A DNA stretch of 64,000 nucleotides, taken from assembly GCA_047495785.1 (NCBI GenBank), contig JBLDXI010000009.1, positions 806,001 through 870,000 on the forward strand, written 5' to 3'. Position 1 is the first letter of the stretch. Each line of letters begins with the position of its first letter. Positions 48,641 to 61,826 of the stretch are shown here, piece after piece. Source of the stretch: Lepidodermella squamata (taxonomy: Eukaryota; Animalia; Gastrotricha). A program made the translations under genes and the position numbers. A model generated the notes under the pieces. That model was not told the DNA's origin. It saw only the letters and a list, made by a program, of their open reading frames with translations, and did not search any database.

Positions 48641-51600
48641 ATGGATGAACATGGAAGGGATAAAATATCTGACAGCAAACTGAAATCGAAAGGATCCCCA
48701 GGAAAAAAGCACATCGATCGTCGGAATTGGAAACTCATTGCTGACCCGGCTCTCGGAAAGGGGCAAGAAAAAATCTACAGATTTGACGGAGTCGTTAGTG
48801 GGGCAAGTTTTCATAAAAATTACGTTGCAAAATTTATAATTGCGAGATTATAGAACCCTGTCCCAGTAATTGCGCACGATCCACGTTTCAGATTAAACAG
48901 GCTCAAATTCAACGTTGAGCCGATCGATCTACCTGTTCCGAATTTGAAGGTAATTTTGATATAAATGGTCAGACGAATTATTTCCCCACATGCTTACTTT
49001 TTAGCTCGATGCCAATTACGTGGGTCCTCTTCCTCCGAAAGACGTTTCATTTGCTGGCTTGAATGACAACATCAATGAAGCTTTTCTCGCTGATATGTGT
49101 CGTCCATTTGGCGAAATCGAGTTACTCGAAATTTACACCCATCCTAAATCTGGCAGGCGCTTAGGCGTTGCTAGGGTAAGATTTCATGCGTAATTCAGCA
49201 TAACTGTAATTTCAATTGTATTTTTTAGGTGCTTTATTGTTCAGTCAAATCAGCCAGGTTGTGCGTCGAAAAGCTGAACAATACATCCAAAATGGGAAAA
49301 ACTATATCCGTATTTCTCGATGTTGGCGGGAGGCACCGTACCAAGCTGTTAGACGAAATTATCAGTGAGGTTAAGCATTCTACTATCGAATCTGAGGTGC
49401 AAGATTCCAGAAGTGGCGAAACACTCTTGGAGGATGCGATACTCAGAGCGGGAAAAGATCATGCCCATCGCCATTCACCTCAACACTCTAACAATGCTCA
49501 AAATCGGAATTCGCCCATCTTGGCCTCAACTACGTCGAAGGTATTACGAAGCTCAGGTGATTCCGATCGTGATGCAACGTCAAGCTCTGAACCAGAATGG
49601 ACTGGCCATGAAGAATCTTCTCTAGTGGCTGATAAGGAGGAAGGGGAAATTGAAAGTGAAGATTTTTCGCAGTCTGAATCTTCATCTGAAGATGAGGACA
49701 CTGAAGAGTCGATTTCTTTAGAACAACGCATTCAGGCTCTACTTACTGGGAAAGAGCCTAAAAAAGAAAAAGAACTTGAACCGCCTGTTCAATCTCAATC
49801 GCTCACGAAACAAACCAATAGCCGCGTAGTTGAGTCGAGGCAAAATTCAATTCCCACTGTTCCTGATGAGCCATCTAGCATTAACACGCCAATCACACCA
49901 GCTTCAATGGACGTAACAGCTCCACCCTTTGTGTTCCCCATTACGTCGCTTCCTCCGCCATTTGTGCTTCCGCCTGGTATACGGCCTCCAGCATCGGCGA
50001 TATTTGTGTCAAAGGAGCAACATGGAGCGTTGTTTACATCAACATTTGAGCTATTTATTGCCGAATTGAGGCGCACTTTGTATCGCGATCTCTGCCGACG
50101 TCTTCTTGAACAATGTGCCTTTCGTCAGTTGGACAGTTGGTGGCTTAAAAACGAAATCAGAAGTCGGAATAAGAAGCCTGACGACTCCAGGGCCAGCGTC
50201 CCTTCTCATGTAACACAACCTGAAAACAAGGTCGCGCCGCCTTCTTTCAGCGAATCAAGTGCTGCTCCTGTTGTCAACGGCAGTGTAGAGAAACAGGGAT
50301 GGGATCGAATGTTTCGTCAGGGTGGCGTTTTCGGTTTACGCGACACGCTGCCCAAATTGCCCTCATTCAAAGCAAGTGAACAGCTAGCTTTAAATATCAG
50401 CCTTTTTAATATTTCATTTTACTTGTGTATAGCGAAAAGATTCGGCGATTTCTTCCTCCCTGAACGAATCATCCGCAAAAGGCGAAGCTGATAGGCGAAA
50501 TCGGGAGAGCGCGGATAGTCGATCTCACAAAATATTGCATTCGGACTCCGATCATTCGCTGTCTGAAGTTCCGGTGGCTGCAAAGCATCAAAAGTCTAAT
50601 GGAGAACACTATGAACATAGCAAAAAAAGGAAAATTGCACACATGTTATCTGATAACAGCGATACCGAGTCGGAGTCAAGTGATTCATCGGCATCTGAAG
50701 AAGACTCATCGTCGGAGTCAGACGCTGATTCATTCGACTCTTCCTCGAGATCGGCACCCTCGACCAAACAGAAAACTGATTCGTCAATCGCTCACCCCAT
50801 TTCTATTAATACCGGCGCTGAAATCCAGAAACCAGACGCCGATTCGGCGCGACCAACGACACCTGCAGCTGTGGTACCTACACTGTCCTCCCCTGTTACT
50901 TCACCGCAGAAGCCTAAAGCACGATGGGCCATGTTTGTTCAGGAACAAGATCAACATCATTCCAACGATGCTTCGACGACATCTGCTCCCCCTACGACTT
51001 CATTGGTGACTCAAAATGATCACAAAGCAGTGGATGCGAAATCTCGGGACTTCCCAAAAGCATCTGCGAAAAGTAAATCAACCGACAAAAACGATGCAAA
51101 AGGAAAACAGACGAAGCGCGTGCAGAAAAAGGCGCTGCAGATTGAAAGCGATTCATCTTCCGAGTCGTCTGAAACTTCGTCAACCGAAAGTGGTAACACA
51201 TATTAGTTCCATTCAATTATTCTTATTTAATCATTAATTTCCAGATGGCCGAAAACCGCTGGTTAGCGATGCTAGCGAAGACGTGGAGCAAAAGCAAAGT
51301 GTTAAGAAGCCGAAATCTCCAGGGCCAAACAAAAAGATCACCCCGGCTCGAAAACCACCCAATTCGGCAAAAAATTCCGGCTCGGCAAAAGCTTCATCTA
51401 AAGAACCTTTGCAGCAGCAACAACAGCAGAAAGTGAAGCCTGTTGTTCAACATCAACAGTCATCGCCCAGGAAACCTGTTGTGAAAAGAGTTAACACCTT
51501 ACAAGCTGAATTTAAGGCAGAAGCTCCATCTAGTAACAGCCAAGACGACGAAAAATGCGATGGCGAGGATGTGCGACGCATCGTCGATCCTTTCCTGCCC

Positions 51601-52777
51601 GATTGCTTGATCGACCACTGTTACGTTCCTGCATCTCAATTGCATCAAATACCGAATTACCACAATCAAAAAGTAGCCAAGTCTGAATTGACATTCAAGC
51701 CTCGTGGTCGGGATGAAGAAGAAGCTATTGCGACGTCGTTTATGCGAATAGGAATCGACGCTGAGGATTTGAGTTACTTGGAACGTAGCTATGAAGAGCT
51801 TTTACAGAATTACAGCCAATCTTATTATTGGCTAAACGAAACTCATTGGGTCAAACACCCTGCGACCGCTTTGAACTGCTCCAGCGTCGAAGCTGAAGAC
51901 TCTCCTAGAAAAAAGCGTCGAGTTGAATCAAGCGATGACAGCTGCGCTCGATGTTATCTTCAATGGCGTGGTGGCAAGGTCGCTCGACCTCACGGTCCCG
52001 CGGGCACAGAAACGGTCGCTGTCTGTGAAACTACTATAAAGGAAGGTGGCATAGAGCTTGTTCGTGTATCTGAATCCGGTGGTGCCGTGTACTCTGGTTC
52101 AATACCGGTGAATACGCCGGGTCCTCCGGGGGCGTTGGAGCGGCTCGGTGCCGATATCGGGAAATCGTCTAAAGCTGCCAAGGCTGAGCTGAGGGAGGCA
52201 CGATCTCATCAACGCCGACTTCTTGCGTGCTATTCATCGGGATTTGATGAGAAGCGCGACATCTTGGGATTTAACATTTTGAAGTATCGCAAAAAGCGCG
52301 TGCGATTTGCTCGCAGTGGCATTCATGGTTGGGGATTATACGCCCTGGAACCAATTGCAGCAGAGGAAATGGTATTTTTTTCATCATTTTATTCCCCGTC
52401 GCCAATATTCCTCCATTTCTGTATAGGTTGTTGAATACGCTGGTGAACTTATTCGAAAAACTATTGGGGACCTGCGTGAAAAGAAGTACGCACGGCTTGG
52501 CGTTGATGGCTCTTACATGTTCAGAGTTGACGAGGATTTGATAGTCGATGCAACAATGGCAGGCAACTATGGCCGATTCATAAATCATTCTTGCGCCCCG
52601 AACTGCTATGCAAAAGTTATTACGATTGACGGGCAGAAGAAAATCGTCATTTACTCAAAGCGCGAGATCGCCGTCAGTGAAGAGATTACTTACGACTATA
52701 AATTCCAGCCCGAGCCTGCTGCGCAAAAGATTATTTGTCACTGCGGAGCACCGAGTTGCCGGCAGACGCTCAACTGA
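48641..52777 (+). CDS. SETD1: Histone H3K4 methyltransferase SET1, ~1269 aa
   Basis: Exons 48641-48802 (or -48793), 48854-48949, 49005-49175, 49229-50371, 50433-51192, 51245-52371 and 52427-52777. Contains [10 protein letters not shown]...IYRFDG, an RRM ([10 protein letters not shown]), n-SET ([10 protein letters not shown]...[11 protein letters not shown]), SET ([24 protein letters not shown]) and post-[11 protein letters not shown]. Confidence 0.95.
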
Positions 52778-53224
52778 TCACCGTCTAGATTCAAGATTAT
52801 CAATTTGTTTTGTTGTCTTCGGTTGAGTTTTCTCTCAAATTCGCTCGTGCAAGCGTTGATAGTTGTGAAGGATATTAAAACTGCAAATTTGCTTGTTTTT
52901 TGTACAATTGCCATTTATACATACCGGTCGCCGCTTGTACAGGTCATTTTTGTGTCTAGTCGGCGACTATATCACTGTTAAACTACTTGGAATAAGAGAA
53001 TCAGACCGTTATAAAGCTAGGCGTGTTCGTCGAATTTTCGTCTGAAGCTGCGAATTCGGATGAATCATTCTAATTAAGTAGGAAAGATACATTTTCTGTT
53101 TTCCGTATGTTGACTTTGAAATGGTCATTTTTTATCGATGAAATAAATAGAATCAGAGATTTTGATTAATTTGTGTTTGATAGGTGGTGGTCCGTTTGAG
53201 TTTAAATTCTTGATCGTTTTCGGT

Positions 53225-56200
53225 ATGGCCAATAGTACGTTGGCTATTTGGAAGCGGTGCCTCTCCCTCTCAGCAGCTACTAATTCGCGCTTTGCTGTTA
53301 CCAACAGCTTGTGTAATAGAGTAAGTGTGCATTGTACACCGCCGAGAGTCACCTTAACGCCAGTAATTTTATTCAGTTACCTTTTTTGCTGCCTGCCATC
53401 AACAGTGGATTCAATTTAACCCCTGCTGGTAATGTTACAGCCTCAAATGCTTTGGTAGTAATTCCTGTGCGTCATGGCCGGCATCAAAAGCATTGGCTTT
53501 TGAAATTTCGAGCTCTCCGCCGTCAAAAAGTGCTTCCCGTTAATTTGTTCGATAGTCGGAAAGCTCAAGCGCGAATGAGCATGAGCACAGAACAGTTGCG
53601 CCTTGAACTGCGCGCTGATGGCATCGGACCGCCTCGTATGCCACAAGACCGGCCAATCAGCATGGGTAGTACACTTTCGATTGAAGATGAATACGTTCCA
53701 CCGGAAGGTGACGGTAAGGCATCGCTGGTGTTTTCACCCGGGGCTGGCCTCAAGCAGCGTGGTGTCGCGGTTAAAGAGAAATTCAATGATTGGCGAGAAG
53801 TAAAAAAAATCAAAGAATACGAAGACAGCTTTTCAATTGATCGGTTTCCTTTCGAAGCTCAAGAAACCTATTTTCAAGCTCTTGCCCTGCTGCAAGAGTG
53901 AGCTTTCATTCCATTCAGGATTCACCAAGTGATAAAGCTTGATTTTTTGCAGCTTCAAGAAAAACGAAGATAAGCTACACGAGTTGCTGACTGAAAAAGC
54001 GTATCCTGAACTTTGCTGGGGTCTGGAGCGGAAAACTTTGCGATGGCGTTTCATCGAAAGTTTGGAACCTCCTCGGGTGGTACACGTGCGGACAACATCA
54101 CTATTGATGGACGATAACAAATTTGCTCAAGTAAGTTTTGTTCAAGTTATTTACGACTTATTTACGAGAATTCTGCTAAATATTCGGCGTTAGACCTAGT
54201 TAGCGCACATCATGTCAAACTACTCGTTTTTGAATGGCGTTTCGCTTGCTATGCTTAAGCCATCCATCTGACCGCAGAAGATAGCGGTTTCCACCACGTG
54301 AACTTTTTCTGAGGCAGTTTCACGACCTTGAAATGTTAACTGTCGTTGCCTAACTTGCGATAAACGCTTTTAATTTCAATATGACTGCGATCGTAAAAAT
54401 AATCTGATTACTAGTTTTGTCAATAGATTCGATTAAATCCGAGATTAATCTACAGTATGGGGCATAAATATTGAGCCGACTTTAATTATTCACAGCGCAG
54501 TCATTTCGGCTCCGATTCTCCCATATCTTATACCGTTGGAAAGCCCAAGCAAAATAGTTTATTCCCCTAAAATTTCGCTCAAGGGATACTGACCAAATCC
54601 AAGTTATAGCAAGTTTAGTTTTAGTTTTAAGATTGAAATTCGGACAGAATTCCTGATTGTTGGGAAAATTGTTGATAGTGCTAAAATCCTTGACTTAGGT
54701 CCGGACTCCCTTTATAAGAGCCATGTATAAGAGCCCCGCCAAAACAGAGAGTCCAACCCTAAATTAAGGATTTTAGCACTATCGACAATTTTCTCAACAA
54801 TCAGGAATTCTGTTTTCATAGAGTTCCTTTAACTAATGAACCTTCCTTATATCGCCTTGTAAGTTTCCGTTAGAACCCAAATGGCCTTTGCTACCTGGAA
54901 ACCGCCTTCGCTTGAGGCCCTCTTAGCTTTCGATATCAGAAATAAATAATTATCTCTGATTTGTGAAATCGATAATTGTAACCCGTATCAACTTCGAAAT
55001 CGATACCACGGCTCATCCGGGATACGGCTATTTCGCAAAAATGGAGTAGTTTGACGCTTACCTCAATGCAAGACCTTCGCCGGTTTTGCTAAACCTGTTG
55101 ACCCAGGCTGCCATTCATCGAAAGCAAAATAGGCTTACTATGGGGATTAAGCTATCGATATAGTGGAAAACGCATACAGTGGATTATTGCCTATTGTGAA
55201 CGAAAATGGTGGAAATAGTGGGAAATCATTGTAGTGGACGAATTAGATGGCGAGCGTTCACTGAATCGGTTTTCCACTGTATTGACATTCGAGGCTTGAT
55301 GAATGATTATGAACGACAGGCTCGATAGAATGCAGGGAGTATATTCCGAATTCAGTTCCGGCCTTTCCGAATGTTTCTTTACACGAAGATCGACGCTATT
55401 AGCAGCGCAGCTTAAGAGGTATTAACTACGAGCTGCTCGGGTTGCAGGCACGCGCTATGTTTGTTTTGCCAGAGAGCTAGAGAATTTGAAATTTCAATAG
55501 ATCAGCAGCGCAGAACAAAATAAATTCGCAGCATGTACGGGTTGCACTACCCGCAGTTTGGACTTAATGATGTTGAGCATGAACAAAAACTTGCTGAAAA
55601 ATCAAAGCGCCAACCATACTCAAGGTAACTCAGGTTATGCAGCATTTCATATTCACATTGGCATAGCCGTAATAATCATTGGCCTATGTTGCTTTGGCCC
55701 ACATCGAAGCTGAAAATTGATAATTAATCGATAATTAATAATCGATTAATCTATTAGATTATAGTCTAGATTCTTTAGTCTAGAATGATTAATCGTCAAT
55801 AAACCTCGACGAATAGTCGATTCTAATCGAATCGGATCTATTGACAACGCTACTGATTACCATACATTTTATTTTCTATCATGTTCTATCATCAGATTAC
55901 GGTCAGGTTTCATACGAAGCAGTCGCTTGCCCTCTATGATCAATTCGGCCGCCTGATGTTTGGCTCCGAGACTCAACCGCGTGATTGCTTGGAGTTCGTT
56001 GTGTTTGAACGTCATCTTATTGATGAATATGGTCGCTGGAGGGTGCATGGTCGAATTCGGCAGAAAGATGCCCCTTACGAACCAGGGGTTGTTCGGCGAA
56101 CAGTTAGGTTTGGCAAAACCGAAACTTCTGAATACGACAAGGAGCTGGAAGAATTTGAAAAGAAGCGCCAAGCTGACCTTGAAGAATGGCAGAAGCGGCG

Positions 56201-56276
56201 ACAGCTATTCATGAAGAAATGGTGGGCTAAACAGGCTATCAGAACTAGAACTGTCAGAAAATATAAATTCAAGTGA
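53225..56276 (+). CDS. MRPL45: Mitochondrial ribosomal protein mL45 (Tim44-like domain), ~391 aa
   Basis: Exons 53225-53320, 53377-53897, 53953-54130 and 55896-56276. Motifs: YVPPEGDG, LHELLTEKAYPE, RWRFIESLEPPRVVHVR, FAQ|ITVRFHTKQSLALYDQFGRLMFG, LEFVVFERHLIDEYGRWRVHGRI. Confidence 0.92.
54412..55852. mobile_element. Non-autonomous hAT-type DNA transposon (1441 bp) in MRPL45 intron 3
   Basis: Perfect 8-bp TSD CTGATTAC at 54404-54411 and 55853-55860. TIRs are TAGTTTTGTCAATAGATTCGATT and the right-end reverse complement TAGCGTTGTCAATAGATCCGATT. Subterminal AATCGAT-type motifs cluster near the right end. No intact ORF. Confidence 0.85.
54644..54813. repeat. Long imperfect inverted repeat (hairpin) inside the hAT element
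   Basis: ACAGAATTCCTGATTGTTGGGAAAATTGTTGATAGTGCTAAAATCCTT pairs with AAGGATTTTAGCACTATCGACAATTTTCTCAACAATCAGGAATTCTGT. Confidence 0.9.
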
Positions 56277-56486
56277 GACATGCATATTGCTGGAACCTGC
56301 TGTGCAAGAAAAAATTTCGATAATAAAAACACGAATTTTTCACGTCGAACGCGGTAAATAGAGGTTTTATTGAAATCTGAAATTGCCATAAAACCGGATT
56401 CAAATTCGGAATACAATTTGAGCGAAATTGAGCAAAAAAACTAAGCAACAATGGCACATTCTTTACTACACGTAATTTCAATGCAG

Positions 56487-59400
56487 TCAAATTTTCTCCC
56501 ACTTCTTCAAGCAAATTTGTTTTGCGATCAATTCGTTGGCAAAAGGATCTTCAGGCCTAGCATGGGCCAAATCCTCGGCGAGCCTAAGCCATGCGCTTTT
56601 ATCTGCTGCCCCACCAGTTGTGTACAGGCTAACATAGACGTTCCAGCAAAAAGACCATATCCACTCGGCTTCACGAACCGGAAATTCTCGCCAGAGTCTT
56701 TCGAATCTGCCTTTGAGTGTGAAAGATGCCAAGAACTTGTAAAATCTCGAATTGGATGTTCCAAAGCAGGATTTTGCAAGCTGCTTGCTAAGCTGATAAA
56801 AATAAATATTTGGTAAATCTTCTGTTTAGCAGTTTAGCGATTCAATTATCTCACCTGGAATAATACGCGAACAGAAGCTGCTATGTTTTTAATGCGATCT
56901 CGTCGTTCTGGCTCTTCGGGATTCATTAGCACACAACAAGATGCTGCGTTGAACAGTGCCTCCAGTGCCAACTCACAGTAACCCTGAGCATTTTCTATGT
57001 GGTTTGCATTGCGAGCACAAAAATCCGATAAGTTTTTTGCATATCTCTCGAAAACTTGGCAACATTTGAGCAAAGAATCAGGTGATTTCTCCAGCATTTG
57101 CTGATTTTGAAGGGGGCTATTGGCCAGAAAGTGATCGAAAGTGGTTTGAGCAGCGTGTATATTTCTTGTAATAACGTGAATGTCAAATTCATTGACCGGT
57201 AGAGTATAATGGATAGACATTCCGGCGCAAACGAGAGAATTAACGTCCTTGTTGCACGAGGCAGCAGCCGCATCGGCAGTTTTGTAGCATTCCTTTATCG
57301 CTGAAATCAATTTTTCGCCAACTTCGGCGATTTTACCGACAGACTCGTTCCCGTTATCCAGACATCGCATCAGATCAACGCCTGATGCAATAAACATCAG
57401 AAGAGCGAGGCATGTTTTCGACAGCAGCACATGTTCAGGTGTTTGGGCGGGAAATCCGGTCGCTGCGTAGAAAGTATGGAGCTGTTTAAAAAACTCATAG
57501 CTCGTCCCACATAGAGAAAACAGCGATAAGTGACACGCCGTTTCTTGTTCGGACGTCATAGTTGCGGCTTCTCCGTTGCCCTCTTTCAGCCTGATCAGCA
57601 TATAGTTTGTTACATTGGAAATGTGCCTAAATCAACTAAATTAATTCAATTTTTTGAAGTAGCAAAAAAGCAATTACCAGCAAACTTCACTAAACCATTT
57701 CATATCTGAACACAGAGTCTGTGACTGTATCACATCTTCACTGTTGTTGTTAACTAGCTTCGATAAAATTAGATGAGCTTTCGACATGTAATTGGCAAAC
57801 AGCTGTGATTTCTCCACAAACTTCGAGCAGTTCTCGTCTGTTAAAATAAATTGAAAAATGGGAGACAAAAAACGCTGATTTAGTTACTCTGCTCGTTCAA
57901 AGTTTTCTGCGCCAGTCTGATCAAGTTTTTCAAAGCGTTCAAGATGCGACCTGTTTGATCTCGAGCATGACTCATCGAAGGGTCGGCGCGCGATTTCTCG
58001 AAGAAACGGTCGATTTGACATTGAAGAGCGTTCACTGCGATGTGATGCTTTTGCTCTGTGAGAGAAACAGAGACACACAGATCGAGAAGCGCCGCAGCAT
58101 GGTCATGAGTCGAATTAGACAACTTGGACAAATGAGCATGAGCTTCTTGCTCTAGGCTCCTTTCTACGCAAATGTAGAACCACAAAAAATCTATCCAAGG
58201 TGAAGACTCTACGGCCTCAGCTTCTTCCAACGTCTAAAAGGAAAATAAAAATCTGGGACATTTTCGGCAACGCTGAAGCGTACCTTTCTGCATTCGTCGA
58301 GATGACCAACGCGATATTGGCAAAGTGCAAGACTGCGCTTGATTTGAGCAATTAATTTCACATGTTGCGCTCCGCCACCGCAGTTCTTTTTTCCACCACC
58401 AAACCGCAACAAGTTGTCAGCTATTTCGTAATAGGCAAGTGCGTTTTCAAAGTTGTGCGCCTTGACAAAATCAACGGCGTGGAAATTAAGAGTATGACAA
58501 ATGCCCATGACAATATCCGATGACCATTCGCGCAAAATATTTGGGAAATCATCAAATATTAGAAACATTTTTCGCACTTCAGTGACATCGCTTTTTTGAA
58601 GAAAATGACGCAAGCGATATCTGAATATAGCCGCAACTTCTTGTGGATCAACATCCATGCGACTGATTTTCTCCCAGATTGTGTCAAGAAATCGTTCGGC
58701 AGCTCTCAAGTTTCCGATCATTATCATTTTCCTGGTGGCTAATAATGCTCGCTTCACAGTAAAATCAGAAGATGCCAAAACTGCTTTAGCTTCTTCGGAA
58801 AATGCAGCCATGTCAGGTTCTGCTGCATTCAAGGCGGTTGCTAATATTTCCAGACGACAACAGCGTAAATCGAAAGTTTGGTCGATTGATATGGCTTTGT
58901 CAATATATTCGAGCGCAGTAGCATTATCTTGTTGACTTGAGTAGCCCACGGCGAGAAGTTTCAGCACAGCTATTCCGGTATTGCTGCAAATGCCAGGTGA
59001 ATTTTCCAATAATCGCATGTGCCTCTTAGCCAGACACACCGCGCCATCCAAGGCTGGCGGTGTTTGAGCAATAAGCATGCTAATAATCTCACATTGAGCA
59101 TTAAGTATTTTCTTGATGCACTCTGAAGTAGTTGCAATTTTTTCCGCCATGCTTATTACTTCTGTTCCTTCGCTGATATTTCCCATCCGAATGTAGTATT
59201 GAATCAACAATATCAAGCAGGTTATAAGCTCCTCTGCCGATTGAAATCTGTTTTGCACAGAAGAGCAATGGAAGGCAACAAGATCGAAACAGCATTGAAA
59301 AATGGGTTCTTCGACTGACTTCTTCAAACCCATTCTGGCAGATTTTAGAATAATCTCAGAAAATTGAGCTCTCAGGCTGAGATTTAGCGCCGTTTTATCA

Positions 59401-59702
59401 AAAATGCCTGCTAAAATCCAGGACAACAGCGAACGTAGCTGAATTTCGCAATCGAAAATAATGTCCTTGTTGCCGAACTTTGAGCGAGCAGTATTCCAAG
59501 AATCGGTAACCCCAAGATCAACTTTCGCTGCAAACTCATTCATTTCGTCTGAATTGAGAGAGCGAATAAACTGGAGTGTGGATGCCAGCTTTTCTTGAAA
59601 TAGTTTACAACTTGATGAGCAGACGCTACACGAGTGACTAATAATTTCGCCACATCGCTCCTTGACCTCACTGATTGCGGTGTCAAGCCTACTTTTGAAC
59701 AT
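56487..59702 (-). CDS. TEX11: Meiotic TPR protein TEX11/ZIP4/Spo22, ~1000 aa
   Basis: Minus-strand exons 59702-58284, 58233-57888, 57837-57678, 57626-56855 and 56792-56487. TPR-like helices NFENALAYYE...QIKRSLALC...EEAEAVE, MKWFSEVCW and the C-terminal FPVREAEWIWSFCWN...WLRLA match the recalled TEX11 pattern. The sequence is divergent. Confidence 0.72.
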
Positions 59703-60095
59703 TTGAATTCAAACCCATTGAATCTAAAAGCAAATAGAAAAAAAAAGATCAGCAAAATACCAAAACAGCTGCCCATAAGAGCTGAATTCGAGAATGTATT
59801 GATAAGTCGAATGCCCTACAATAGCAGTCTTTCATCCAATTAAGAGAATTAGTTTCCATTTTGTGCCTAGGTTTCAAGGGATTCGTCATTTCCATACGCT
59901 GGTCGCTGGATAGAGTAATGAAGACCCTGTCGCCAATTCTCAATTCTGTTCATAAACAGGGCTCGTGTTGATAATATAGAAGAATACCTTTGGCCGCTAA
60001 CTCGATGTTAGGTGCTCAGATTGTAAAGCATAATAATATAATAAAAAAGAACTATGATCTATTGGTCTACTTTGACACCTGCTCGAAACAGTATC

Positions 60096-60125
60096 GAGAG
60101 AGGGAGAGAGAGAGAGAGAGAGAGA
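60096..60125. repeat. (GA)n microsatellite in the TEX11/LIS1 divergent promoter region
   Basis: GAGAGAGGGAGAGAGAGAGAGAGAGAGAGA, followed shortly by a strong donor CAG|GTAGGT near 60135. Confidence 0.8.
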
Positions 60126-61826
60126 ATCGCAGCAGGTAGGTGGTAGGCGGCCTTGTGACAAGAGGTCGAGGATGTCAGCTGTCGGCTTCCGATTACAAAA
60201 TTCAGCCTGGCCCCAATTTTTTGAGCCACGGACGAGTGGTCTTGTGCATTGTGTAGTACAATCCGACTGCGTAGCCTTACCTTTAGGCTTTACGCTGTTA
60301 CTGCCAGACCTGCAGACCGACGTCAGACCCATCCGACCGGCCGGCTCCGGGAGCGGATGATCAATCGACGCTTTTATATCCGCGACCTCTATATGTTATT
60401 TGAAATTACCGCCAAAAATATTTGTTTCAAAATAAATTGTTTTAAGCTAATTCAAAAATTATATACGCTGTTTCTTTATAGTAATGTGAACATCGAATGG
60501 GTTAGAAACGGCAAAATATTCATCGTTTTCGAGACATTTTTTATATCTTATTTTCTAAATAAGTAGTCTCAAGTTTATTTGGCATACACCCCTGGTGAAC
60601 CATTATTTCTGTTAAGTATACTTGTAGTTGCCAACGTTTAGTTATATGGCAAAGTATACGTATATGTAAAATATGCATCGCTAACCATGATATATTTTCC
60701 AGATGAACATGGTTTTGGTTATTAAATATGGAATTTCCCCTATATAGACGAATCCATATGAAGTTTCATCTTTCATCCGAAAAAAAACTGCTATTCTTGC
60801 AGCAATTAGACGTTGCTATTAAAGTCTAAATTCCAAGTTCTAAGTTCTAAAAATCCATCTAATGAATAGCTCAGATCTAGCAGGGATGGCGTTGGGCTAT
60901 GCGACGAGTGATTCCCTAGAGGGTATCTTCAGCGGGGGCGAGCAAGGAGCGAGGAAGCATGCATTCGCTTGCTGTAGAAGCTGCTGTTAAAATATAAAAT
61001 ATTCTCTCCCGTGCGATCGAAGCAAGCTTTAGCCGACGCTTTAGTCGACTTATAACTCTTGGACAGGAATAACCTAAAATGTTCACATCCGTGCCAGGAT
61101 TTAGCTCGGCGGAACTGGGCAGCGCCTACGCTCACCCTCTCCGCTCCGTCACTGATAAAAATTGAAAGAATATGTGTAATATGTAGAACATTCAACTTCA
61201 TCTGAGAGTGGATGTTACCGTTCATTTTCTATTACTTCTCCGACCTGAGAGGCAGTCGTCTATGTCGGTTATGCTTGACGCCGCTTCTGGAAATTATCAT
61301 TAATTTGAATTGTAGAGGAATTAACGGAAAAATTGATACATCTCGCTCAACACCTTTAACCTGGTCAGGCGAGCAAATCGACTGGTGTCCATTTTGAAAT
61401 GATTCATGCTAGAATACTTAAAGGCACATTCAAATCATCTTCTTTCAACTTGACGACGCACCGTTATAACTTGAAATTGCTTACATCTTAGATTACAGAT
61501 TAAATTGTACAGTTGGTCAGTTATTATGATATCTGCTGTTGTGTAATATCTCGAAAACTATAAGACACTTTTTCCTGGTATTGGCGGTCCTCAGATCGAC
61601 AAAAAAATTTCTCTCCCATGGGTGGACAATTTACAAGTCATTATTTCTCATCGTGAAATGAAGTGCCGATTGAAAAATTGGATACAGTTAGAATCTTGTT
61701 TGACAGTTTTGGCGGTGTCATGATTATTCTTTTACCACGTCGTGACGCTAAATTGAAACCATTTGTTAATTAATTCTTTTTAGGCTTTCAATTTTAATTT
61801 AATGTAATATGTCGACCAACTGAGTC

